Assembly: GCA_934203105.1 (NCBI GenBank)
Contig: CAKPYQ010000004.1
Location: 11,336 to 75,335, forward strand
Direction: 5' to 3'
DNA length: 64,000 nucleotides
Origin: an uncultured Alphaproteobacteria bacterium
Lineage (GTDB): Bacteria > Pseudomonadota > Alphaproteobacteria > CAAHEQ01 > UBA3637
The notes under the pieces are model-generated. The model made no database searches. It worked only from the letters and a program-made list of their open reading frames with translations, and had not been told where the DNA came from. Position 1 is the first letter of the stretch, and every line of letters begins with the position of its first letter. The position numbers were made by a program, and so were the translations under genes. Positions 56,472 through 64,000 of the stretch are shown piece after piece.

Positions 56472-57401
56472 TTATGCCAAATTATTTTTGTACATTTCAT
56501 AAAAGAGCCTATCACTTCCGTGTCCATGATCAGGAATCAGATAGAATTTTGCTTCAGGTAAAGATTTGTGTAATTCATAGGCTTGATATGGCGGACAACA
56601 GAAATCTAAGCGATTTTGATAAATTTCTGTAGGGATATTTTTTATATTTTTAGCATTGAGTAATAATTGATTTTCCTTCAAGAAGTAATTATTGCATTTA
56701 TAATGCATAAAAATTTGGAACTTCAAAATATCTTTATTGGATGTTTCGCCTTTTGAAAAATCCACCGTCAAAGAGGCATCACATGCTGTTTTTTCAAGTT
56801 TTTTATAGTACTGGACCGCCTTTTCTTGATCAGATCGTTTATTTGAAGCTAACAATTCGTTATAATATTTATCCAAATCCTTTCCATTTGCAGCTTTCTT
56901 AACGGTTTCGACAGCATCTGGGTAAAAATATGAAGCAACCGGCGTCATATTTTCTATATCTTTTTTTCGACCTAAAAATATAGAATTTACAATTATCTTT
57001 TTGACTTTTAAAGGATATGTTTCCGCAAATAGCAACGCTAATGTTGAGCCCCAAGAACCTCCGGTGCAAACTATTTTTTCAGAAATATTTAAATGTTCCA
57101 GAAGCCTTACAGCGTCATTGATTGTATTTTGTGAAGTATTTTTATAGAGTGGCTTATCGAATTTAGATTTGCCACATCCACGTTGATCAAACATGATAAC
57201 TCGTTGTTTTTTTAGATTAAATGTGCAAGCAAAGAATGAATAGCATTGACTTCCGGGGCCACCATGAAACACTATGACCGGTTCTCCTTTTGGATTGCCG
57301 ACTTCTTGGTAAAAAATTTGATGTCCATCCTGTGTGGGTAAATAGCCTGTTGCATATGGTTTTATAAAACGATTCCGAAGTTTAAATGTGAAGATTGACA
57401 T
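56472..57401 (-). CDS. pip: proline iminopeptidase-like alpha/beta hydrolase
   Basis: VFHGGPGS and the nucleophile elbow GGSWGSTLAL (GGSWGS signature of prolyl aminopeptidases) are present. The protein is 309 aa. Confidence 0.75.
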   Translation of the reverse strand: MSIFTFKLRNRFIKPYATGYLPTQDGHQIFYQEVGNPKGEPVIVFHGGPGSQCYSFFACTFNLKKQRVIMFDQRGCGKSKFDKPLYKNTSQNTINDAVRLLEHLNISEKIVCTGGSWGSTLALLFAETYPLKVKKIIVNSIFLGRKKDIENMTPVASYFYPDAVETVKKAANGKDLDKYYNELLASNKRSDQEKAVQYYKKLEKTACDASLTVDFSKGETSNKDILKFQIFMHYKCNNYFLKENQLLLNAKNIKNIPTEIYQNRLDFCCPPYQAYELHKSLPEAKFYLIPDHGHGSDRLFYEMYKNNLA

Positions 57402-57839
57402 GCTTCCTCCTTTGTATTACTGTCTTAAGAATACTTTTTTTTGTCCTTTATTGTCAAGAGCTTTAACTGAAACTATTAAAAAGTTGATTTTTTTTTAATT
57501 GTCTGTTACTCTTCATCTAAGATTGATTAAATCAAAAAAAAGAAAAATGAAAGTGCAAAAAAAATTATTTATTGTGGCATACGGAAAATAATGCTATATT
57601 TGACAGAGATGTTTTTCAAGAAGATATTTTATACGATTATACTCCAAAAAGTTTTATTATAGATCAAAAAAATCTAAAAGCTGAAATTTATTACAAGTTT
57701 TTCTTTTGAAAACTGAAATTTTTCTTGAGAAAAAAGATAAGTTAGAATGAAAAAAGACAAAGAAACCATCAACTCTATTTTTCTTGATATTTACAAATAC
57801 TTGTGTTAATATTTAAGGCATAATTTGTGAGGAAAGAAA

Positions 57840-58343
57840 ATGCCTAAAATCTATATTACGGGAGCATGTGGTTGTGGAAAGTCAACATTTGCTAAAAAGT
57901 TAGCAAAAAAGTTGGGAATTCCTCACCTTGATTTGGACGATATTTCGTGGGAAAAGAGCCCTAATAGAAAAAACTTTATGATCAAAAGAAATGATAAAGA
58001 AAAACAGCAATACATTCACTCTTTCCTTTCAATGTACTCAGATTGGATTGTTGAAGGTTCTCAAAACAAAGATTGGTTACTTCCTTTCGTTGACTCTTGT
58101 ACTCAAGTAATAGTGATTTACGTACATCCAGTTATTAGAGATATAAGGATTATAAAGCGATCTATAAAAAGAAAACTCGGGATTGAAAAAAGTAATCATA
58201 AAGAAAATTTTTTAGGAATATGTCGTTTATTGCGATATAATCACAAGTACAATAAAGATATTTTGCCAAAAATTTTAGAAAAATTTACTTCAAGAAATAA
58301 ATCCATTCATAGTGTGTCAAGAAAAAAACACCTTTCCGGATAG
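57840..58343 (+). CDS. P-loop NTPase, adenylate-kinase/topology-modulation-like (paralog of 51890..52435)
   Basis: The N-terminus is MPKIYITGACGCGKSTFAKKLAKKLGIPHLDLDD. Confidence 0.6.
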   Translation: MPKIYITGACGCGKSTFAKKLAKKLGIPHLDLDDISWEKSPNRKNFMIKRNDKEKQQYIHSFLSMYSDWIVEGSQNKDWLLPFVDSCTQVIVIYVHPVIRDIRIIKRSIKRKLGIEKSNHKENFLGICRLLRYNHKYNKDILPKILEKFTSRNKSIHSVSRKKHLSG

Positions 58344-58497
58344 CATCCTTACTTGATTTGTTTTTTTATCTAGATTCATTATTTTGTATAGAAAGCATAT
58401 TTTTTTTACAGAAGTTGACCAGATTAACATTTGTTACCACCGGTACTTTATTATATTTTATTAAATAATCCAACGGTATTAAAAAAAGGAGAATAAA

Positions 58498-58980
58498 ATG
58501 TTTAAAAATGATATTTCAGAAAAAATTTTAAATAATATTGAAAAAGATTTATTAAAGGATTCTATTGAAAAGGTTGTAGTTGGAGCCGTTATTTTTCTTT
58601 CACAAAAAACTCCTTTGCTTTTAAGGCGAACAGCATCCGATTTTTTGGGTGGGCTTGTAGAGCTACCAAGTGGAACAGTTGACAAAGGCGAAACGCTTAT
58701 TGAAGCTTTGGTGAGAGAAGTTAAAGAAGAAACAGGTTTGTCTATTTCATCTGTCGATTCATATATTGGATGTTTTGATTATCTTTCAGGTTCTGGCAAA
58801 AAAACGCGTCAACTCAGTTTTGTGGTAAAGACTTTTGATACGAATGTTACCTTATCTTCAGAGCATGACGCTTTTTATACATTTTCTACTTCAACTCGAG
58901 AGTTTAAAAAATTAAAGATATCGGATCAAACAAAAAATATAATCCAAACGGCTTGTAAAAAATCACATTCTTGTAATTAG
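58498..58980 (+). CDS. NUDIX hydrolase
   Basis: The Nudix box is GGLVELPSGTVDKGETLIEALVREVKEETGL. Confidence 0.75.
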   Translation: MFKNDISEKILNNIEKDLLKDSIEKVVVGAVIFLSQKTPLLLRRTASDFLGGLVELPSGTVDKGETLIEALVREVKEETGLSISSVDSYIGCFDYLSGSGKKTRQLSFVVKTFDTNVTLSSEHDAFYTFSTSTREFKKLKISDQTKNIIQTACKKSHSCN

Positions 58981-59037
58981 GGGTGTAGAAATGAGCGTCT
59001 TTTAAAAGTTAAAGACTGTTGCAATAAAGGAGTTATT

Positions 59038-59451
59038 ATGAGTGAAGATAAACCTCAACATTTAGCAATCTTGGTTCAACCTTTTTTAGATTTAATTTTA
59101 AAAGGCGAAAAAACCATAGAAACCAGGTTTACGAAAGTAAAATGTCCTCCATTTCAGAAAGTCAAAGAAGGAGATATTATTTTATTAAAAAAATCCGGAG
59201 GTTTAGTTGTAGGAGAGATAACTGCCGGGAAAGTAGAATATTTTTCTGATTTATCCCCCGAAAAAATGGAAGAATTAAAGAAATATAGTTCTGAAATTTG
59301 CGCTGATTATGATCCTTATTTTTGGGAAAAAAGAAAAGATTCACGTTATATTAGTTTTATACATATTGCCAGAGTAAAGAAATATGAAACACCATATCCG
59401 TTTTTCAAAAACGATCGAAGAGCTTGGCTTATCTTAGATTCTATGAAATAA
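59038..59451 (+). CDS. ASCH domain protein
   Basis: It is 137 aa. AILVQPFLDLILKGEKTIETR...GDIILLKK is an ASCH/PUA-like beta-barrel signature. Confidence 0.55.
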   Translation: MSEDKPQHLAILVQPFLDLILKGEKTIETRFTKVKCPPFQKVKEGDIILLKKSGGLVVGEITAGKVEYFSDLSPEKMEELKKYSSEICADYDPYFWEKRKDSRYISFIHIARVKKYETPYPFFKNDRRAWLILDSMK

Positions 59452-59591
59452 AATAGATTTTAATTGCCTGTTCAAAACCTCAAAAAGAAAAAATTTGTTC
59501 ATGGTATATCTTTGAAGTAAAGCACTTTTAAAGAATGCTTGCATTTTTGGGGAAAATATGGTATAATATACACCTGTTAAATGGAGGAAAA

Positions 59592-61769
59592 ATGCCGGTT
59601 AATTTGTTGAATGAAAAAGATTTAAACGCTTATTTGACGGATGTTGTTTATCAAGGACAGGAAAATCATTTGTTCGCGGATGCTAACAGTCGCGGACATT
59701 TCGAAAGCCCCGATTATGTAACACAAAATAAAGATGCTATTACAAAGGCGATTTTGTTGCAATGGGTCAAACATCGTTTGCGCGCGTTTTTGACGGATAA
59801 AGAAAATATGCCGTTTTTGCACCCCGTTTCTTTGCGCGCAGGTTTACCGACGTGGGCGGAAAAATGTTTGTCGGAAAGCAAACAAATATTTGAATTTAAT
59901 GCGCTTTTAATGTCGCAATCTTTAAAAAATGACATTGTCAGCGTTCGGGATTTTTTATATTCTGCGGCAGAAAAATACGTCGAAAAAACAGCCTTGACGG
60001 CTCGGGAAACAAAAACCGCGCCCAAAATCCGTTTCGATTATTTAAAGACAAACAACGAATTTGACAGCTTTGAAAAAGCGCTTTTGCAATCCCAAAAATG
60101 GCATAATTTAATGACAGAGCGCGCTTTGCAAAAAGCAAAAAATAAACAACTTTATGAAAAATCTTTGTCGGGGACGCAGCTGGTTATGGAATTGCCGGAC
60201 GGTATGAAAGTTTATCGTTTAATGACGGCACAAGCTCTGGATTTTGAGTCGGAATATATGGGGCACTGCGTGGGCAAAGGTGCTTATGATGCAAACGTTG
60301 TAAATGGATCGGTTCAAATTTATTCTGTGCGGGACCAAGACGGACAACCGCATGCGACTTTGGAAGTCCGTCACAATGAAGTTTATCAATGCAAAGGCAA
60401 AGGCAACAGAACACCCGTTCAAAAATATATTCCGGCAGTTCAAGCATTTATTGAATCACGCAATTTTGAAATTGTGGGCGATATGAAAAATGTCGGCTTG
60501 ATTAAGCAAGACGGGAAATATTACAGCGTTTGGGATTTGCCCAAAAGAGGGTTTGAATTGAAAGGCAATTTGGATTTTTCGGATATGGATTTGACGGAAT
60601 TGCCAGATTTGTCGAACATTATTGTCGACGGAAACTTTGAATGCCGAAACAATAAATTAGTCAGTTTAAAGGGCGCTCCGCTTCATGTCAGCGGCGGTTT
60701 CGATTGTTCCCATAACCAATTGACCGATTTAAATGGAGCGCCAAAATATATCGCCGGCTCTTTGGATTGTTCCCATAACCAATTGACGACGTTAAAGGGT
60801 TGTCCTGAACGATTGGGTGGTTCTCTTTACTGCATTAACAATCAATTGATGGATTTGCAGGGCGCTCCTGAACACATAGAAGGGTCTTTTGATTGTTCAA
60901 ATAATCAATTGACAACGTTAAAGGGTGCGCCACAAGGAGCAATAAGAGGAGAGTTTGACTGTCAACAAAACAAATTAACTTCTTTGGAAGGTGCACCGCA
61001 AAAAGTATCAGGCTCATTTAATTGTAAAGAAAATGATTTGACGACGTTAAAAGGGGCTCCGCAAAAAGTGGGCGGCAGCTTTTTTTGCTCTTTCAACAAG
61101 TTGGTTTCTTTGGAGGGGGCGCCGCAAGAAATAGGCGGTGCATTTGATTGTTCGGAAAACCAATTGACAACGTTAAAGGGCGCTCCGCAAAACTTAGGCG
61201 ATGGTTTTTATTGTAATAAAAATAAATTGATTTCTTTGGAAGGTGCTCCGCAAAAAGTATCGGGTACATTTGATTGCCATGATAACAATTTAACAACATT
61301 AGAAGGTGGCCCAAATACAGTTGGTCGGAACTTTAAATGTAATAAAAATCAATTGACAACGTTAAAGGGCGCTCCGCAAATTGTCACAGAAAATTTTAAC
61401 TGCGCGATCAACCGGTTGACATCGTTGGAAAATGCGCCCAAAACAATAGCCGGCAAATTTATTTGTTTCAGAAATCAATTGACCGATTTAAAAGGCGGCC
61501 CGCAATGCGTGGGCGACAATTTTGATTGTACGGAAAATCCTTTGCTTTCGCTGGAAGGAGCGCCTGAAAAATTAGGCAGAACATTTATTTGTTGCTTGAC
61601 TGCGAAAAAAGGGATTTATGTACCGGCCTATGTGGCAAATTATGTAAGAGTGCAAGGTGTTGAACGTCATTTATTGCTTAAAATGATCCAAAAGAGTAAA
61701 GAGGCAAATCAAGCTCCTTTAAAGTCGATAGCATCACAGATAAAGGATTTATTTTCTTTTAAGCGTTGA
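59592..61769 (+). CDS. large repeat protein: N-terminal ~290-aa domain + ~24 tandem 22-residue LRR-like repeats
   Basis: The repeat unit is G-A-P-x-x-V-x-G-x-F-x-C-x-x-N-x-L-T-x-L-K/E-G, iterated from ~aa 340 to the C-terminus. The track ORF begins at 59535, but ATG 59592 has a GGAGG RBS and a TATAAT at ~59563. Confidence 0.7.
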   Translation: MPVNLLNEKDLNAYLTDVVYQGQENHLFADANSRGHFESPDYVTQNKDAITKAILLQWVKHRLRAFLTDKENMPFLHPVSLRAGLPTWAEKCLSESKQIFEFNALLMSQSLKNDIVSVRDFLYSAAEKYVEKTALTARETKTAPKIRFDYLKTNNEFDSFEKALLQSQKWHNLMTERALQKAKNKQLYEKSLSGTQLVMELPDGMKVYRLMTAQALDFESEYMGHCVGKGAYDANVVNGSVQIYSVRDQDGQPHATLEVRHNEVYQCKGKGNRTPVQKYIPAVQAFIESRNFEIVGDMKNVGLIKQDGKYYSVWDLPKRGFELKGNLDFSDMDLTELPDLSNIIVDGNFECRNNKLVSLKGAPLHVSGGFDCSHNQLTDLNGAPKYIAGSLDCSHNQLTTLKGCPERLGGSLYCINNQLMDLQGAPEHIEGSFDCSNNQLTTLKGAPQGAIRGEFDCQQNKLTSLEGAPQKVSGSFNCKENDLTTLKGAPQKVGGSFFCSFNKLVSLEGAPQEIGGAFDCSENQLTTLKGAPQNLGDGFYCNKNKLISLEGAPQKVSGTFDCHDNNLTTLEGGPNTVGRNFKCNKNQLTTLKGAPQIVTENFNCAINRLTSLENAPKTIAGKFICFRNQLTDLKGGPQCVGDNFDCTENPLLSLEGAPEKLGRTFICCLTAKKGIYVPAYVANYVRVQGVERHLLLKMIQKSKEANQAPLKSIASQIKDLFSFKR

Positions 61770-62545
61770 TGGCAAAGGGTAAGAAGATGGCTTTTAACAT
61801 TAAAATCGAAGTGCCGACGGCGGAGAAAGCCTTTGCATTTTTGGCGTGGCAAGTGTCGCGTTTGGAATGGTATATAAACCATAATCGATCCAATCGATTG
61901 ACATTTTTAAAATCTTTGCATCAACCGTTAATTGACAAAATGATCAATGATCGAGACCTTTCAAAAGATCAACTTTTTGCAAAATATGTCGACCGCTTTA
62001 CCAAAGAACTATATAATAAAGAAGCTTACCAAGGAGCATTGATTTGTGCGCGCAAGGCTGTACAGGCTTTGCAGACCTGTTATCCGCGTTATTTAGCATT
62101 GCAAAAATCGTGGGGATTTGAAATTTTACCCGAATATCAGATTGATATTAATCTTTTTGGAATAGGAGGGAGTTATCATCGCGATGAAAACAATGTCGGC
62201 CATATTATGACGGGATATAATCAAAAAATTGAATGCCCTTATTATGCGCGTCTGTTGGGGCATGAAATAATACATTTGGGTATTGAAGATTTGCTGATCA
62301 ATCCCGAACACAAAGACAAAGCTCCCATATGGCAAGAAGAAAAAGAACGTATTGTAGATAATTTATGTATTTACGTTATGCGTGGAATTTTACCTTTATA
62401 CTACGTTTGGAGTGACGGGCAAAAATATCCTTATCAGGAAATTGCTCAAAATGCATCTTATATGGACCAGGTTATCGGCGCACAACCAGAAAATAATTTA
62501 CCATTGGCTATAAAAGCTTTTTTAAGCGAATATCACCGTGATTAA
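61766..62545 (+). CDS. hypothetical protein with HExxH zinc-metallopeptidase-like motif
   Basis: LLGHEIIHLGI contains HEIIH. The protein is 259 aa and translationally coupled to the repeat protein (ATGA overlap). Confidence 0.4.
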   Translation: MMAKGKKMAFNIKIEVPTAEKAFAFLAWQVSRLEWYINHNRSNRLTFLKSLHQPLIDKMINDRDLSKDQLFAKYVDRFTKELYNKEAYQGALICARKAVQALQTCYPRYLALQKSWGFEILPEYQIDINLFGIGGSYHRDENNVGHIMTGYNQKIECPYYARLLGHEIIHLGIEDLLINPEHKDKAPIWQEEKERIVDNLCIYVMRGILPLYYVWSDGQKYPYQEIAQNASYMDQVIGAQPENNLPLAIKAFLSEYHRD

Positions 62546-62547
62546 AA

Positions 62548-62575
62548 AAGGGGCTTGATTAAAGCCCCCTTTATA
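62548..62575. terminator. bidirectional terminator
   Basis: The stem AAGGGGCTT / AAGCCCCCTT lies between convergent genes. Confidence 0.4.
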
Positions 62576-62587
62576 TGTAAACAGCCA

Positions 62588-64000
62588 TTATAAAGCTAAA
62601 GCGTTACAAACTCCGTTTATATTTCTTTGATTTGGCGCACAGCAAAGCTCGCCGACCTTTAATAAATTGTCCGGAAAATCACTTGCTGTAATGACTTTAT
62701 AGTGTGCGGAACTGGTGGCATTTTCCGGTTTTGTGTCACAAATGCAAGTATCCGTAACTGCCTTGCCATACGGACATTTTTTCTTTTGCACGCCCGTGCT
62801 TGTCAAACAGTTTTCATTCGTTGTGTCGACGCTCATACTGGCGCAAAAACCGGGAGCGCACATTTCATCGGTAAATGAAGCGCATTTTTGCCAATCATAG
62901 TTGGTGCATGCCGAGCCACAAGCTTCGCCATTATATCTGCAATAGCTGGCGTTTGAAAGCAAATAGCACTCCATGTTGTTTGCCAAATCAACGCAACCAA
63001 AGCCGAAAGTGCTGTCGATATATTTCCATTCGGTGCCATTCGGGCAGACATTTTTGCATAATCCGTTTTCACAAATTTGATCTGCGCCAAATTGAGAACA
63101 AGAGTATCCGCACATATTGCCGCTGGCGACAGAGCCGATATAGCAAGTTGTCTTGTCTCCGCTCAGATCACAAATTAAGTTACCTTTTTGGCAATAGTGG
63201 CCGGTATCATCTTGTGTAAAGCCGTCCGGACAGTAATTGGTGCAAGTTCCACATCCGGCCGGCGTTTCTGGATCACACATTTGAGTCCCGCTGTAACATT
63301 CGGAACTTCCTTTATAGCAGAGCCAACCTTTTGCGCTGTCAGCTATACAGCTGATGCCGTAAGTTTCATTGTGGCAACCCATATAATATTGGTCTTTGAT
63401 TGTTTCATAATCCCAACCGCTGGGACAATTTTTAAAGCAAGATCCACGAATGCAATCGAATTTTTGTGTGCCTGAGTTATATTCGGCTATGCAACACATT
63501 TGGTCGCTGTTTTTTTCTTTGCAACGGTATACGTCCTTAAAACCGTCATCTTCCTCGGCGTAAAAACAACTTAAAATGTAGTCAGAACATTGCCCATATT
63601 CGGTGTTACTTGACCAACCGGTTGTTCCCGGACAGTCTGTGGTGCAATCAGCCATACCATTACAGCAATTTCCATATCGACATTCTGTCCCCGTGGAATT
63701 ACACAATTCACCACAAGGGTGTTTTTGCTCTCCAATAGAGCATTTAAATGCCGGCTCACCGTCCCAAAATCCTGCCGGTGTACAGGTTAGTTTTTCACAT
63801 TTATTCTCATTAACCAGTACATAACCGTCATCACATACTTTCGGCGACGGGGTTCCCCCTATTTTGAAAACAACAGTATTGTTGCCTTTTTGGCATTCGA
63901 CGGAAGCATCATCAACCAATATCGATGTGAAAAGCGGGTGCGTTTGATTGTCCCTTAAAACCAATTTATCGCAAACGCCCTTTGTAATGTTTTCGGCAAA
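62588..64000 (-). CDS. Cys-rich secreted/surface protein (partial; N-terminus probably beyond window end)
   Basis: At least 458 aa with ~60 Cys in irregular C-x-C and CxxGxxC spacing (CPDGFTQDDTGHYC, CPNGTEW...). The minus-strand frame stays open to the window edge. Confidence 0.5.
   Translation of the reverse strand, partial: FAENITKGVCDKLVLRDNQTHPLFTSILVDDASVECQKGNNTVVFKIGGTPSPKVCDDGYVLVNENKCEKLTCTPAGFWDGEPAFKCSIGEQKHPCGELCNSTGTECRYGNCCNGMADCTTDCPGTTGWSSNTEYGQCSDYILSCFYAEEDDGFKDVYRCKEKNSDQMCCIAEYNSGTQKFDCIRGSCFKNCPSGWDYETIKDQYYMGCHNETYGISCIADSAKGWLCYKGSSECYSGTQMCDPETPAGCGTCTNYCPDGFTQDDTGHYCQKGNLICDLSGDKTTCYIGSVASGNMCGYSCSQFGADQICENGLCKNVCPNGTEWKYIDSTFGFGCVDLANNMECYLLSNASYCRYNGEACGSACTNYDWQKCASFTDEMCAPGFCASMSVDTTNENCLTSTGVQKKKCPYGKAVTDTCICDTKPENATSSAHYKVITASDFPDNLLKVGELCCAPNQRNINGVCNALAL

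Noticed and set aside
59535-59591. Upstream ATG at 59535 as start of the repeat protein
   Set aside because: ATG 59592 is preceded by GGAGG at a proper distance and by a TATAAT hexamer. The upstream extension (MLAFLGKIWYNIHLLNGGK) would be translated across the promoter.
1-64000. CRISPR arrays, rRNA genes, transposase/IS elements
   Set aside because: No regularly spaced direct repeats with unique spacers were seen. The only tandem repeats are intragenic, in the LRR-like gene and the rpoD acidic tract. No DDE transposase motifs or terminal inverted repeats flanking a transposase-sized ORF were seen.

Overview
This window reads as a roughly 42% GC alphaproteobacterial chromosome segment. The evidence is a GAAC-N7-GAAC LexA box upstream of lexA, a yqeY-dnaG-rpoD block, mnmA, radA, mlaFE and murJ. 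Several eukaryote-like repeat proteins suggest an intracellular or amoeba-associated lifestyle, but that is a guess.

Layout: (1) 1-11.4 kb is core genes: a partial ABC-F ATPase, a secreted protein, a membrane metallophosphoesterase, an m6A methyltransferase, mnmA, a CaCA antiporter, cvpA, radA, mlaF/mlaE and lexA. (2) 11.4-23.3 kb is a cryptic phage element with a cI-like S24 repressor. Its structural module is T7-like in order and sequence: portal, scaffold, gp10-like capsid, tail tubular A and B, small and large terminase. It ends with a SleB-type endolysin and a split Rz/Rz1 spanin cassette. (3) 23.3-34.9 kb is core again: rpoD, dnaG, yqeY, a porin, murJ and a frameshifted DUF192 gene. It also holds a 772-aa type-IV-pilin-like protein with ephrin-receptor-like Cys-rich repeats. 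(4) tRNA-Pro(TGG) at 34852-34928 marks the start of an AT-rich accessory island that runs to at least 59.5 kb. The island carries a type III R-M system (mod, an inserted 247-aa ORF, res) followed by a SNF2-like helicase. Next is a very AT-rich four-gene operon: three radical SAM enzymes (two with SPASM-like Cys clusters) plus a catalytically degenerate MetRS/LeuRS-like class Ia aminoacyl-tRNA synthetase paralog. This operon is the most novel-looking system in the window. Downstream is a convergent eight-gene operon of GNATs, NUDIX hydrolases, P-loop kinases and an amidohydrolase, including a kinase-pyrophosphatase fusion. An orphan spanin pair sits inside a partial inverted duplication that also carries a kinase-ASCH paralog. 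The island ends with a proline iminopeptidase and further kinase, NUDIX and ASCH genes. (5) 59.5-64 kb holds a protein with about 24 tandem 22-aa LRR-like repeats, an HExxH protein and a second Cys-rich secreted protein that runs off the window.

No CRISPR array, integrase or rRNA was seen. All calls rest on motifs recognised by eye, since no searches could be run.
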